Shown: positions 1 through 8,405, counted from the first letter of the stretch. The stretch: 17,310 nt of DNA from Planctomycetota bacterium (GCA_036479435.1 JAZGFI010000111.1:1-17310), one strand, 5' to 3'. The notes: generated by a model from the letters alone, not told the origin. Program-made: numbers and translations.

Positions 1-93
1 GCCGTCTACGACGCGATCGGCGTGCGCGTCACTTCGATCCCGATCACCCCGAGAAAAGTTCTTGAGGCCTTGGCCCAAAAGGAGAAGAAATGA
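1..93 (+). CDS. Xanthine dehydrogenase family molybdopterin-binding subunit, C-terminal fragment (5' end outside window)
   Basis: Frame 1 reads AVYDAIGVRVTSIPITPRKVLEALAQKEKK*, matching the typical Mo-subunit C-terminal motif (A..DA.GVR...P.TP..V). Its TGA (91-93) overlaps the ATG (90-92) of the FAD subunit (ATGA). Confidence 0.85.
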   Translation, partial: AVYDAIGVRVTSIPITPRKVLEALAQKEKK

Positions 94-1070
94 AGGCCTT
101 CAAGATGGCCCAGCCGAAGACGCTCGCAGGAGCGCACTCGGTTCTAAAGGGCAGCTTCGACAGCACCAAGATCATGGCCGGTGGAACCGACTTGATCGCG
201 ATGATGAAGGACGGCGCGGCCGCTCCGGATTTAGTCGTCAACGTCAAAGGCGTGGAAAAGATGCGCTGGATGGAAAAGACCGACCGCGGTCTTGAGATCG
301 GCGCACTGATCACCATGACCGAACTCGCGGAACTGGAAGGCGTCTCGAAGGACTACCCCGCGATCAGGGCGACGATTTTGCGATCGGCCACGCCGCAAGT
401 TCGCAATGCAGCAACGATCGCCGGCAATCTTTGTCAGCGCCCGCGCTGCGTGTACTTCCGTCACGAGTCTTACAGCTGCCTGAAAAATGGCGGCAAGACC
501 TGCCCGGCCAAAGAAGGTGCCCACGAAAACCACGCGATTTTCAATAACGACTTGTGTAACGCGCCGCATGTCTCCAATCTCGCGCCGGTGTTCATTGCTT
601 ACGAGGCTGAGATTGACATCGCCGGTCCGAAGGGCACTCGCACGGTCAAGGCCGAAGAGTTTTTCACCGGCCCCGAAAAACAAGTCATGGCCGAGAACAT
701 CCTGAAGGCGGACGAGGTCGTCACGGCCATCATCCTGCCGAAAAACTCCGCGCGCAAGAACTCCGCCTACGTCGAAGCTCGTCAAAAACAGTCCTACGAC
801 TGGGCATTGACGGGAGCGACCGTGGCGATAGAACTGGATGGCGACAAAGTCAAATCCAGCCGCATCGTGTTGTCAGCGATCGCGCCAACACCACTACGCC
901 GCCGAGACCTCGAGAAAATGATCGAGGGCAAGCGACTCACCGAGTCGCGAATTAAAGATGTCGCGGAGGCCGCGGTGAAGAACGCGACGCCGCTGCGTGA
1001 CAATGCTTACAAAACGATCATGTTGAAGGCGGTGCTCTCACGAGCCATGCGCCAAGCCAAGGAGGCCTGA
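90..1070 (+). CDS. Xanthine dehydrogenase family FAD-binding subunit (PaoB/YagS/HcrB-like, with [4Fe-4S] insertion)
   Basis: FAD motifs AGGTDL and RNAATIAGNL; Cys-rich insert CQRPRCVYFR..SCLKNGGKTC..DLC; C-terminal PLRDNAYK; AAGGAG upstream of the start. Confidence 0.92.
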   Translation: MKAFKMAQPKTLAGAHSVLKGSFDSTKIMAGGTDLIAMMKDGAAAPDLVVNVKGVEKMRWMEKTDRGLEIGALITMTELAELEGVSKDYPAIRATILRSATPQVRNAATIAGNLCQRPRCVYFRHESYSCLKNGGKTCPAKEGAHENHAIFNNDLCNAPHVSNLAPVFIAYEAEIDIAGPKGTRTVKAEEFFTGPEKQVMAENILKADEVVTAIILPKNSARKNSAYVEARQKQSYDWALTGATVAIELDGDKVKSSRIVLSAIAPTPLRRRDLEKMIEGKRLTESRIKDVAEAAVKNATPLRDNAYKTIMLKAVLSRAMRQAKEA

Positions 1071-1073
1071 TCC

Positions 1074-1319
1074 ATGGAAAAAACTGACTCCAACTACGAA
1101 CCGCTCCCCAAAGACCTCTGTCCCGAGTTCAAGACCAAGACCATGACTTTGAACACGGAATACCGCCGCAACCCCTTTGAGGACCAAGCGGCATCCTGCA
1201 CCGCCCACTTTTGGTGCATGATCACCATGGATGTGCATGGCCCCGACGATGACGACGTTGAGCCCCAGGAATGCCGCCCCGGGCGTAAGTGCTACGACAG
1301 CCGTCACCCGCGGGGATAG
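1074..1319 (+). CDS. Small Cys-rich hypothetical protein (81 aa), last gene of the molybdoenzyme operon
   Basis: GGAGG at 1061-1065; ATG 3 nt after the upstream stop; five Cys (C16, C42, C48, C67, C73) with FWC..T....GPD...V.P.EC.PGR.CY pattern; followed by a terminator. Confidence 0.8.
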   Translation: MEKTDSNYEPLPKDLCPEFKTKTMTLNTEYRRNPFEDQAASCTAHFWCMITMDVHGPDDDDVEPQECRPGRKCYDSRHPRG

Positions 1320-1347
1320 GCCTTCTCAACGCGTATTGCAGCTAAGA

Positions 1348-1384
1348 GCCGCGGTCAGCCAAAGAGCTGGCCGCGGCATTTTTG
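1348..1384 (+). terminator. Probable rho-independent terminator of the molybdoenzyme operon
   Basis: 12-bp stem GCCGCGGTCAGC (1348-1359) / GCTGGCCGCGGC (1366-1377) with one G-U pair, 6-nt loop, then ATTTTTG. Confidence 0.7.
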
Positions 1385-1529
1385 CGCCTTCAGTTTCGGT
1401 TCTTCTTGACCTTGGGCCCCATCATCTCGCAGACTGGATCATCAGCCCAGTTTATCTATCCAGACGCCGTGGTAGATTGAACTCCTCTTCGCAACTCAGC
1501 CTAAGCTTAGAGACCGTCCGGAGACAGGT

Positions 1530-3011
1530 ATGTCTATTAGAATTCGCAGCTTTGTTGCCATCACCTTGGCCACGACTTTCGCCTGGATATTCGCGACGGC
1601 TTTTGCTGTAGCCCTGGCGCTGCCCTCAACCCAAGGCCCGCCCGCCTTCGTACGAGGAGAGCTTGCCGACCACTTTCACCAAAGTTCGGCGATCGCGGTC
1701 GAAGATCCGACGATGAACGGCGGGATGCTCATTGCCACCGAGGAAATCGGACTGTTCATTCCCAATCAAGAGAACTTCGCGGCGGAGGTTATCGACATCC
1801 ATTGGGGCATTTTGGGCGCCATCATCCCGACCACCAAGCCCACCAGTTTTGGCTATCGCATTCGGGCCATCTACAGCGACTCCCCGCCCGAGGCTTTCTA
1901 CGATTTCGGTCCACTTTTTTACGCGCCACGACTTCTCGATCCGGGACTTGAACCCAAACCACATTCACACCAGTTCATGCATTTGGAACCGGCCCACTTG
2001 TTCCGGCCTATAGGCGGCGACCCCTTCAATATGACTGCCTGGCTCAGCCATGGCTTCGTCGGATCTGGCCCGGGAAACATCCAAGCGGTCTTTTTGATCG
2101 GCCCGGCGCCGACCTTGATGGTGAAGCCCATGAAGAATCTCGCGCGCCTGCCGCCAAACTCGCCGACCGGCGGCACCATGACAGGGCTCATCATGGTGCT
2201 GCAAACTTCGGTGTTAGAGGCCAACGCTTCGACCCCGGGGGCACCCGCCCTTAACTTGTCGAATGCCATCGGGCTGCGAGCGATGGTTGGCCCCCCGATC
2301 AAGATTGACTCGCACCTTGGCAACTACGGCCCCGATCGCGCCGACATATTTTTTAGCGGCACCAACATCGTTCCCTCGCTAACCGTCGACTTCGTAGACG
2401 CGACGGGCACAACGATCACGCAGAACATTAGAATCCACAGCGGCTCGACCTTTAGCGTTGATGTTCCACCCGGCACGAAAACCGGGATACTGGCGATGTC
2501 GTCTCCCACCGGAGTCGTGGCCTTCGAAAACGAAGCCATCTTCGTCAAAACCCACGGAGTGCGGCAACCATTGCTAGTCCCCGGCCAGATTCCGGTCATC
2601 ACCTCGGTTGTCGAAGACGGCGAGACGGTTTGGGGCTTTACCGTAACCGGCACCGCGGACCAGCTCGGCGAACTCTTTGGGCTGATTCCCCCGGGAGCTT
2701 TGCAGATTTTTGACATCGAATTTGAGATTTACCCCTACCACCCGACTCGGAACTTCGCCGGTCGCGGCACGACCATCCCCATTGAGATCGCCGTCGAAGA
2801 GGTCATGCCGGTCATTGCTCCTCCGAGTAGCGACGCCGCCATCGCGGTCCAAACACTGCCGATCCTTGAGCCCATTGGGAGCGATGGCGTCGTGTTGAAA
2901 ACAACCTTCGAAGATGTCGAGGGCGACGTCGATATCACTTTCAGTACCACGATGCCGGGATCGACTTTTCAGTACATGGCGGTCGTTCGGATTCGCGTCG
3001 CGACGCCTTAG
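1530..3011 (+). CDS. Secreted hypothetical protein (493 aa), Pro/Gly/Thr-rich and beta-rich, possible IPT/TIG-like module
   Basis: N-terminal basic + hydrophobic signal peptide (MSIRIRSFVAITLATTFAWIFATAFAVALA); GGAGA upstream; segment FSGTN..VDF....SVDVPPGTKTG.L resembles IPT/TIG repeats. No catalytic family recognised. Confidence 0.75.
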   Translation: MSIRIRSFVAITLATTFAWIFATAFAVALALPSTQGPPAFVRGELADHFHQSSAIAVEDPTMNGGMLIATEEIGLFIPNQENFAAEVIDIHWGILGAIIPTTKPTSFGYRIRAIYSDSPPEAFYDFGPLFYAPRLLDPGLEPKPHSHQFMHLEPAHLFRPIGGDPFNMTAWLSHGFVGSGPGNIQAVFLIGPAPTLMVKPMKNLARLPPNSPTGGTMTGLIMVLQTSVLEANASTPGAPALNLSNAIGLRAMVGPPIKIDSHLGNYGPDRADIFFSGTNIVPSLTVDFVDATGTTITQNIRIHSGSTFSVDVPPGTKTGILAMSSPTGVVAFENEAIFVKTHGVRQPLLVPGQIPVITSVVEDGETVWGFTVTGTADQLGELFGLIPPGALQIFDIEFEIYPYHPTRNFAGRGTTIPIEIAVEEVMPVIAPPSSDAAIAVQTLPILEPIGSDGVVLKTTFEDVEGDVDITFSTTMPGSTFQYMAVVRIRVATP

Positions 3012-3075
3012 TCAGCGAGAACGGCGAGGCGCCGGTCGTGCGTGTATCAGCGAAACGAGGCGAGGCGCCGGTCGT
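3012..3075. repeat. Imperfect tandem direct repeat (about 28 nt, 36-nt period) duplicating the kinase 3' end
   Basis: TCAGCGAGAAC-GGCGAGGCGCCGGTCGT (3012-3039) versus TCAGCGAAACGA-GGCGAGGCGCCGGTCGT (3047-3075); 17-nt exact core at 3023-3039 and 3059-3075. Confidence 0.8.
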
Positions 3076-6000
3076 TTCGGAGCCCCCGGTAGGCGTCGGA
3101 GTTGAGTTCTTTCTTGGCGAACGAGCTGTTTTCGTGAAGGGCTTCCAGGGCCGCCAAGAACTGCGCGACGCGATCGACCTCCCCTTCTCGTGCGGCGGCA
3201 CGCGAGGCCAGGACTAGGGCCCAGCCGTTCTTCGGGGACAACTTCAACGCCCGCTCGTAGCTCTCTCGGGCTTCTCGGTGGCGCTCTAGATCTTCGAAAG
3301 AACGCCCCAAGTAGAGCAAGGCTTCGCGGCGAAGGCCCAGACCGATCCGAGCTGGCGAGTTTGCGAGCGGGCTCAAAATTGCGACAGCTGTCGCTAATTC
3401 GGTGTTCCAGTAACGCACCAGGCCGCGCAACAAGTCGAGCGTGTCCAAGGACTGAAACTGCGCGACTTCCCCGCGACCAATCTCCCGAACGTAGCCAAGG
3501 TCATCGGCCGCCTGTTTCACGAGCCGCCGACGGTCCTCTATGAATTCGTCCCAAACACGCTGCGACAGATCGTCATTTCGCGGCCGACGGTCGAAAAGCA
3601 AGCGATCTAAAGAGAGCAGATAGCGCACCGTGAGTTCCGCACGCAAGTAGCGGGCGTCAACGCGATCGGGGTTGGATTGCAGAAGGATCTCGATCTGCCG
3701 AAAGGCCTCGGCTACAGGGTCTGCTGCCTGTTCGGAATTGAGATCAGGCATCTGCCCCGATAGACCACCCGCTTGTCGAACCAGCTTGCGGAGGGTTATC
3801 TCGCCGATGGCAAAAGACACCTTCGCGCGCAGTAAGCCAATCTCGAGATTTTCGGGATACTCGTCCGCGAGATCAGCTAAGTCAATCTGCGTCCTTTGGA
3901 AACGCCCGAGGGCTTCAGCCGATTCGCCCTTGACGGCGGCGGCCTCACCGCGCGCAATCTCCAAGGCGGCGAGGGCGGTTTCAGCGGCTTCCAATCGTCC
4001 TTTGCGCTGCGCGATGCTGCGGTACACGGCCTGAGCTTCTTGGTACTTACCGCGCTCCACGAGGCCCAGACCAAGCCCTCTTTTCACGCCAACTTCTTTG
4101 TCTTTCAAGCTCTCCAGCAAAGAGTGAATGGAATCCGCGTCCGCGCTCATCGTTTCGCGAGCGACCCCTTCTTCTTTCTCCAATATCTGAATGTCCGCGG
4201 CGATCGCGCTTAGGCTTTGCCGATAGGCCTCCAACGCTTCTTCATACCTCGATAGTCCGCGCAGTGCATGAGCTTTAGAGTAGGCCAGCTCCCAGCTTCG
4301 CACCGCACCTTCGGCGCGCTCAAGGTCGAGGAGGGCGGCTCCAAAACGCTGGAGGTGCGCATTCATCAACCCCCGTTGGTAGTAGGCCGCCCCAAGCTTC
4401 TCGTCGACGCGGCCCCCTTCGCGGCGCGGATTCCGCTCGGTCATCGCCGCGATCATGCCCGTATAGACTTCGCGAGCCTCACGCAGCCGCCCCATCTTGC
4501 TCAGCAGGCCCGCACGCAGAAAATGCCCCCAGTAATCATCGGGTCGTTGATCGAGGTAAGCGTCCGCGGCCCTGAGGCCCAAGGCGTGACCGCCGCTAAT
4601 CTGGCCCGCGCTCAGTGCCACCACAAAGTGGTCCTCAATATCGCGTGATGGAGTGTTGGCGATCGTCTCAATTTCTAGGGGCAACAAGGCGCTTCGATCA
4701 CGTTTTGCCCTTAGGTAGGCGCGCAGAGCTAAGCTGCGTTGCCTAACCCCTTGAGCTTCGCGACTCCATTCGTCAACCAGCGCAAGGGCCTCTTCGAAAC
4801 GGTGTTCGCGGCGCAAGGCCATGATTTTCATCGCTCGGACCCGGTCCGCCAGTCCGGTCTCGGCCGGCGCTTGACTCGCGATGCGGATGAGGTCCGCAGC
4901 GCGCCGCCCGGTGGTCACGACACTGGTGTCGTCTTCTCCACCCCGGCGGATAATCGACTGGCGCATCAAGTCTTCGTGAGCATCAAAAGGGCGGTAGGCG
5001 ATAAGCGCTTGCCGTGCCTCTTTGAAATCCGGGCGCTCGTCGAGCAGGGTTTCGAGTCGATAGACAGCGGCTTTGTAGTCACCTCTTCGCGCCGCGACCC
5101 TGGCCTCGGCAAGGCGCGATTGCGCGACGGCCTCGCGATCGGCGGCGGCGTTGAGGCCCGCGAGCAAGGCGTAGGCCAAACCGATCATCAAGATCAAGGC
5201 CGCAAGGCTCGCGACTTTGCGACGCACAAGGTAGCGCCAACTTCTGCGGACACGGCCAAGGCGGCGGGCGAGCACCGGTCGCCCGGAAGCGTAGCGTTCC
5301 AAGTCTTCTGCAAGTTCACGAGCGGTGGCGTAGCGCTGCTCGCTTTCTTTTTCGATTGCCTTGGAGACGATGGCATCGAGATCAGCGTTGATTTCAAAAC
5401 GGCGAAGGCTGGGTGGGTCTCGCTGCAAGACTTGGCGCGCGACAGCCTGCGTGCTTCGGCCCTCAAAGGGCAAGCGATCGCTCAGAAGCTGATAGAGAGA
5501 AACGCCTAGTGAATAGATGTCTGTCCGCCGGTCCATCGCTTCGGCATCACCCCGTACTTGCTCCGGCGACATGTAGGCGATGGTGCCGACCAAGGCGCCG
5601 GATTGGGTCAGACCGAGGTGGCCTTCTTCTTTCGCGAGGCCGAAGTCCAACACGTAAGGATGGTCTTCATCGATGAGGATGTTGCTGGGCTTCACATCGC
5701 GATGAATAATCCCTCGCTCATGCGCGTGGTGTAGAGCACGGGCGATGTCGATGGTCCAGGCCACGGTGCGCGCCACTCGTAACTCTAGACGTCTGATTTT
5801 GGAACCTTCGTTCGCAAAAGACGCCGAAGACTCCTCCCTTAGAGCTGTCAGGGGGTCTTGGCCCGAAACGTAACGCATCGCTATATAGGGAACGCCATCG
5901 GCGTCGCCGCGTGCGTAGACTTCGACGATGTTGGGATGCGAAAGCGAAGCCAGGATCTCGGCTTCGCGAAGAAAGCGACCCTCGACTTCCTCGCCGCGCC

Positions 6001-6340
6001 TCGAAAGCAACTTCACCGCGACCAGGCGCCCGAGGACCTCATCTTGGGCGAGGTAGAGCACGCCCATGCCCCCGGAACCGATCTGCCGCAGAAGTCGGTA
6101 GGGCCCGATCCTCTGCCCGCTTTCAATCTTCTCAAGGATCTCCGCGCCACCACGCTTGGCGATCTGGTCGAGGCCTCCTTCGACTAACTCGTGGAGCGCC
6201 AAGAGCTCAAGGAGTTCGTCGCAATCCGCGTCATCTCGTTGGATCAGATCTTCGACGGGTTTGGAATCGCTACTCGCCAGGTAGTAGGCCTCAAGTCGCT
6301 GCGCCGCCCTTTGGCCTGCGCTACTTTCACCTTCAGGCAT
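3047..6340 (-). CDS. Hanks-type serine/threonine protein kinase with a transmembrane helix and C-terminal TPR repeats
   Basis: GSGGMG, VAVK, HRDVKPSN, DFG and GTIAYMSPEQ motifs; hydrophobic segment VASLAALILMIGLAYALLAGL; many TPR-like helices (e.g. ALLYLGRSFEDLERHREARESYERALKLSP). Start overlaps the sigma factor stop. Confidence 0.95.
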   Translation of the reverse strand: MPEGESSAGQRAAQRLEAYYLASSDSKPVEDLIQRDDADCDELLELLALHELVEGGLDQIAKRGGAEILEKIESGQRIGPYRLLRQIGSGGMGVLYLAQDEVLGRLVAVKLLSRRGEEVEGRFLREAEILASLSHPNIVEVYARGDADGVPYIAMRYVSGQDPLTALREESSASFANEGSKIRRLELRVARTVAWTIDIARALHHAHERGIIHRDVKPSNILIDEDHPYVLDFGLAKEEGHLGLTQSGALVGTIAYMSPEQVRGDAEAMDRRTDIYSLGVSLYQLLSDRLPFEGRSTQAVARQVLQRDPPSLRRFEINADLDAIVSKAIEKESEQRYATARELAEDLERYASGRPVLARRLGRVRRSWRYLVRRKVASLAALILMIGLAYALLAGLNAAADREAVAQSRLAEARVAARRGDYKAAVYRLETLLDERPDFKEARQALIAYRPFDAHEDLMRQSIIRRGGEDDTSVVTTGRRAADLIRIASQAPAETGLADRVRAMKIMALRREHRFEEALALVDEWSREAQGVRQRSLALRAYLRAKRDRSALLPLEIETIANTPSRDIEDHFVVALSAGQISGGHALGLRAADAYLDQRPDDYWGHFLRAGLLSKMGRLREAREVYTGMIAAMTERNPRREGGRVDEKLGAAYYQRGLMNAHLQRFGAALLDLERAEGAVRSWELAYSKAHALRGLSRYEEALEAYRQSLSAIAADIQILEKEEGVARETMSADADSIHSLLESLKDKEVGVKRGLGLGLVERGKYQEAQAVYRSIAQRKGRLEAAETALAALEIARGEAAAVKGESAEALGRFQRTQIDLADLADEYPENLEIGLLRAKVSFAIGEITLRKLVRQAGGLSGQMPDLNSEQAADPVAEAFRQIEILLQSNPDRVDARYLRAELTVRYLLSLDRLLFDRRPRNDDLSQRVWDEFIEDRRRLVKQAADDLGYVREIGRGEVAQFQSLDTLDLLRGLVRYWNTELATAVAILSPLANSPARIGLGLRREALLYLGRSFEDLERHREARESYERALKLSPKNGWALVLASRAAAREGEVDRVAQFLAALEALHENSSFAKKELNSDAYRGLRNDRRLASFR

Positions 6341-6923
6341 CGGTTTCGAGGACGTCCTTCAGCTCTTCCACCAGGCGAAGACGCGCTCGAGCCAATAGCA
6401 TTCGCGTGGCTTTTTCGGTCCGTGACATCGCCTCCGCGGCTTCGGCATGGGTCTTTTTTTCAAAGCGGACCAGGGTGATGACGCGGCGATAATCTTCGGG
6501 AAGCTTTTTGAGCGCTTGCATCACGAGGTTCATCTGTTCGGAATGCCCGACGATGCCACTAGGTGTCTCGGCGGGACCGGCGGCGGCCCGCGAATCCAAC
6601 TCCAGGTCTAAGCTGTGAGCCCCGGCGCGTTTTTGAGCGCCGAAGTAGCGATGCTTGTCGCGGATCGTGTTCTCCGTGATGCGGGCCAGCCAGTGCACAA
6701 AACCATCTTCGTTGGTGTACTCAATCTTCTCGATGCCCTTCATGGCTTCGAGGCAGACGCTTTGGACAACGTCCGATGAGTCGAGATTGACACGCAAAGG
6801 GTCGCCAAGCTTTTTGCGAACGAGTCCCTGAATACGGCCGCGATAGAGTTCGAAGACGGCCGAGAGAGCCTCGCGGTCTCCGGTTTGAGCGCGCTTTATC
6901 AGAGCTTCGGCGTCATCGTGCAT
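6333..6923 (-). CDS. ECF-type RNA polymerase sigma-70 factor (Planctomycete kinase-associated type)
   Basis: Region 2: AQTGDREAL..YRGRI..LRVNLDSSDVVQ..FVHWLARITEN. Region 4: ALKKLPEDYRRVITLVRFEKKTHAEAAEAM..ARARLRL. Overlaps the kinase gene by 8 nt. Confidence 0.93.
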   Translation of the reverse strand: MHDDAEALIKRAQTGDREALSAVFELYRGRIQGLVRKKLGDPLRVNLDSSDVVQSVCLEAMKGIEKIEYTNEDGFVHWLARITENTIRDKHRYFGAQKRAGAHSLDLELDSRAAAGPAETPSGIVGHSEQMNLVMQALKKLPEDYRRVITLVRFEKKTHAEAAEAMSRTEKATRMLLARARLRLVEELKDVLETDA

Positions 6924-7056
6924 GGTGCTGACTCACATTGATGGGGCGCTCGCAGGTCAAAAGCGCCGGAGAGTCAGTTTACCAGGGTGCGGCCCAATCA
7001 CGGCCGGCATCTTGAGGTTAGAATCGCCGTAACGAGGCAACAACGGAGACGAATTC

Positions 7057-7812
7057 ATGTTCGAACGCGAAGAACGAGATGGAATAGCGACTCTGCGTTT
7101 GGCGCACGGCAAGGCGAGTGCCTTTGATCTTGAGCTGCTTCTGGGTCTTGAAGCCGCCCTGAGCGACGAATTGCAGCGATCTTCGCGGGCCGTCATCCTG
7201 ACCGGCACCGGATCGATCTTTTCTGCCGGCGTCGATCTTTTTCGCCTCTTGGACGGCGGATCCGACTACATCGATCTCTTCGTCCCGGCCCTGGATCGGG
7301 TTTTTAGTCAGCTCTTTGCCTATCCAAAACCAATGGTCGCCGCGATCAACGGCCACGCCATCGCCGGGGGCTGCATCCTCGCTGCCTGTGCAGATCGAAG
7401 GATCATGGCCGCGGGTAAGGGCCGGATCGGCGTGCCCGAGCTCTTGGTCGGCGTCCCCTTTCCAAAAGTGGCCTTCGAAATCATGCGCTTCGCTCTGCCC
7501 TCGCGCTCTTTAAGCCAGGTGATCTACAAGGGCATCACCGTCCGTCCTGAAGCCGCGCTTGAGATCGGTCTCATCGACCTGGTCGTAAGCCCCGATGACC
7601 TTTTAGAAACGGCCCATGAAGAGGCCCGAGAACTGGCTGAGATCCCGGCGATCAGTTTTCAGCTCAGCAAGAAAATGACCCGCGGACCCACTCGCAACAG
7701 CTTTGATTCGACAGAGGCCGAGCGCAATGAGATCGTCGATGCCTGGAAGAGCGAGCCCGTCCGCGCCGCGTTATCCCGTTACGTCGAAAGGACTTTCGGC
7801 AGATCTTCTTAA
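7057..7812 (+). CDS. Enoyl-CoA hydratase/isomerase (crotonase) family protein
   Basis: FSAGVDL, PKPMVAAINGHAIAGGC and GVPELLVG crotonase motifs; GGAG upstream. Confidence 0.92.
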   Translation: MFEREERDGIATLRLAHGKASAFDLELLLGLEAALSDELQRSSRAVILTGTGSIFSAGVDLFRLLDGGSDYIDLFVPALDRVFSQLFAYPKPMVAAINGHAIAGGCILAACADRRIMAAGKGRIGVPELLVGVPFPKVAFEIMRFALPSRSLSQVIYKGITVRPEAALEIGLIDLVVSPDDLLETAHEEARELAEIPAISFQLSKKMTRGPTRNSFDSTEAERNEIVDAWKSEPVRAALSRYVERTFGRSS

Positions 7813-7922
7813 TGTTTATCAAGCCAGGCCAAAAAGGTAGGAGTCCGATCAAAAGCCGCAATCGGCCCGAAACATCATCATCTGCGGTAAAGGCGTTCGC
7901 CGGGAATGGTCGATGCATGAAA

Positions 7923-7937
7923 TGAGATTGATTCTCA
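7923..7937. promoter_or_regulatory. Fur-like 7-1-7 box 1, overlapping the putative -35 of bfd
   Basis: TGAGATT-G-ATTCTCA resembles TGATAAT-N-ATTATCA; it overlaps TTGATT (7928-7933)-N16-TAGGAT (7950-7955). Confidence 0.65.
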
Positions 7938-7967
7938 GGCGCTTCGCAATAGGATACCTTGGCTTCC

Positions 7968-7982
7968 TGAGAACTGATCTCA
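7968..7982. promoter_or_regulatory. Fur-like 7-1-7 box 2 upstream of bfd
   Basis: TGAGAAC-T-GATCTCA, same TGAG-N7-CTCA frame as box 1. Confidence 0.55.
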
Positions 7983-8024
7983 ACGGACCCGGCCTTTCGG
8001 AATTCAAATCCTAAGATTCACCCC

Positions 8025-8255
8025 ATGCTCGTTTGCCACTGCAACAACAAGACCGATCGCGACATCAATCGCGCCCTGACGGAAGGCGCAAAGTCCTGTG
8101 CTGACATCACAACGCGTTGCGACGCTGGCAATGGTTGTGGCGGCTGCCTGAAGACCATTCACAGCATGCTCCGAAGCCGGCACGAAAAAGGCCGAGGCGG
8201 TCACCCCATTGCGGCCGAGCGCCGCGCGACCCACCTGGTCCAGCGCCACTTCTAG
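8025..8255 (+). CDS. bfd: Bacterioferritin-associated [2Fe-2S] ferredoxin
   Basis: MLVCHC...GNGCGGC gives C-x-C-x31-C-x2-C; lies directly upstream of bacterioferritin. Confidence 0.9.
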   Translation: MLVCHCNNKTDRDINRALTEGAKSCADITTRCDAGNGCGGCLKTIHSMLRSRHEKGRGGHPIAAERRATHLVQRHF

Positions 8256-8280
8256 GCAATCAGAGAACGCGCTGGCTTCT

Positions 8281-8295
8281 TGAGCCTGATTCTCA
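8281..8295. promoter_or_regulatory. Fur-like 7-1-7 box 3 between bfd and bfr
   Basis: TGAGCCT-G-ATTCTCA, with a right half identical to box 1. Confidence 0.5.
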
Positions 8296-8405
8296 TTCAT
8301 CCCACTGGCGAGAATTCACTTCGCGGCGATGCCTATCGCTTTCGATCGCGCCGGGCTGTGCCTATTCTGGTCCAGACCGATCAACCCCCAGCGAAAGATC
8401 CAAGC

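Noticed and set aside
3190..6492. Several plus-strand ORFs (e.g. 4739-5509, 5911-6492) opposite the kinase and sigma genes
   Set aside because: Antisense shadows typical of GC-rich coding DNA, with no protein motifs.
8280..8405. 42-codon N-terminal extension of bfr in the ORF track
   Set aside because: It starts at TTG within a Fur-like box, whereas bacterioferritins begin at M[KQ]GD, matching ATG 8406.
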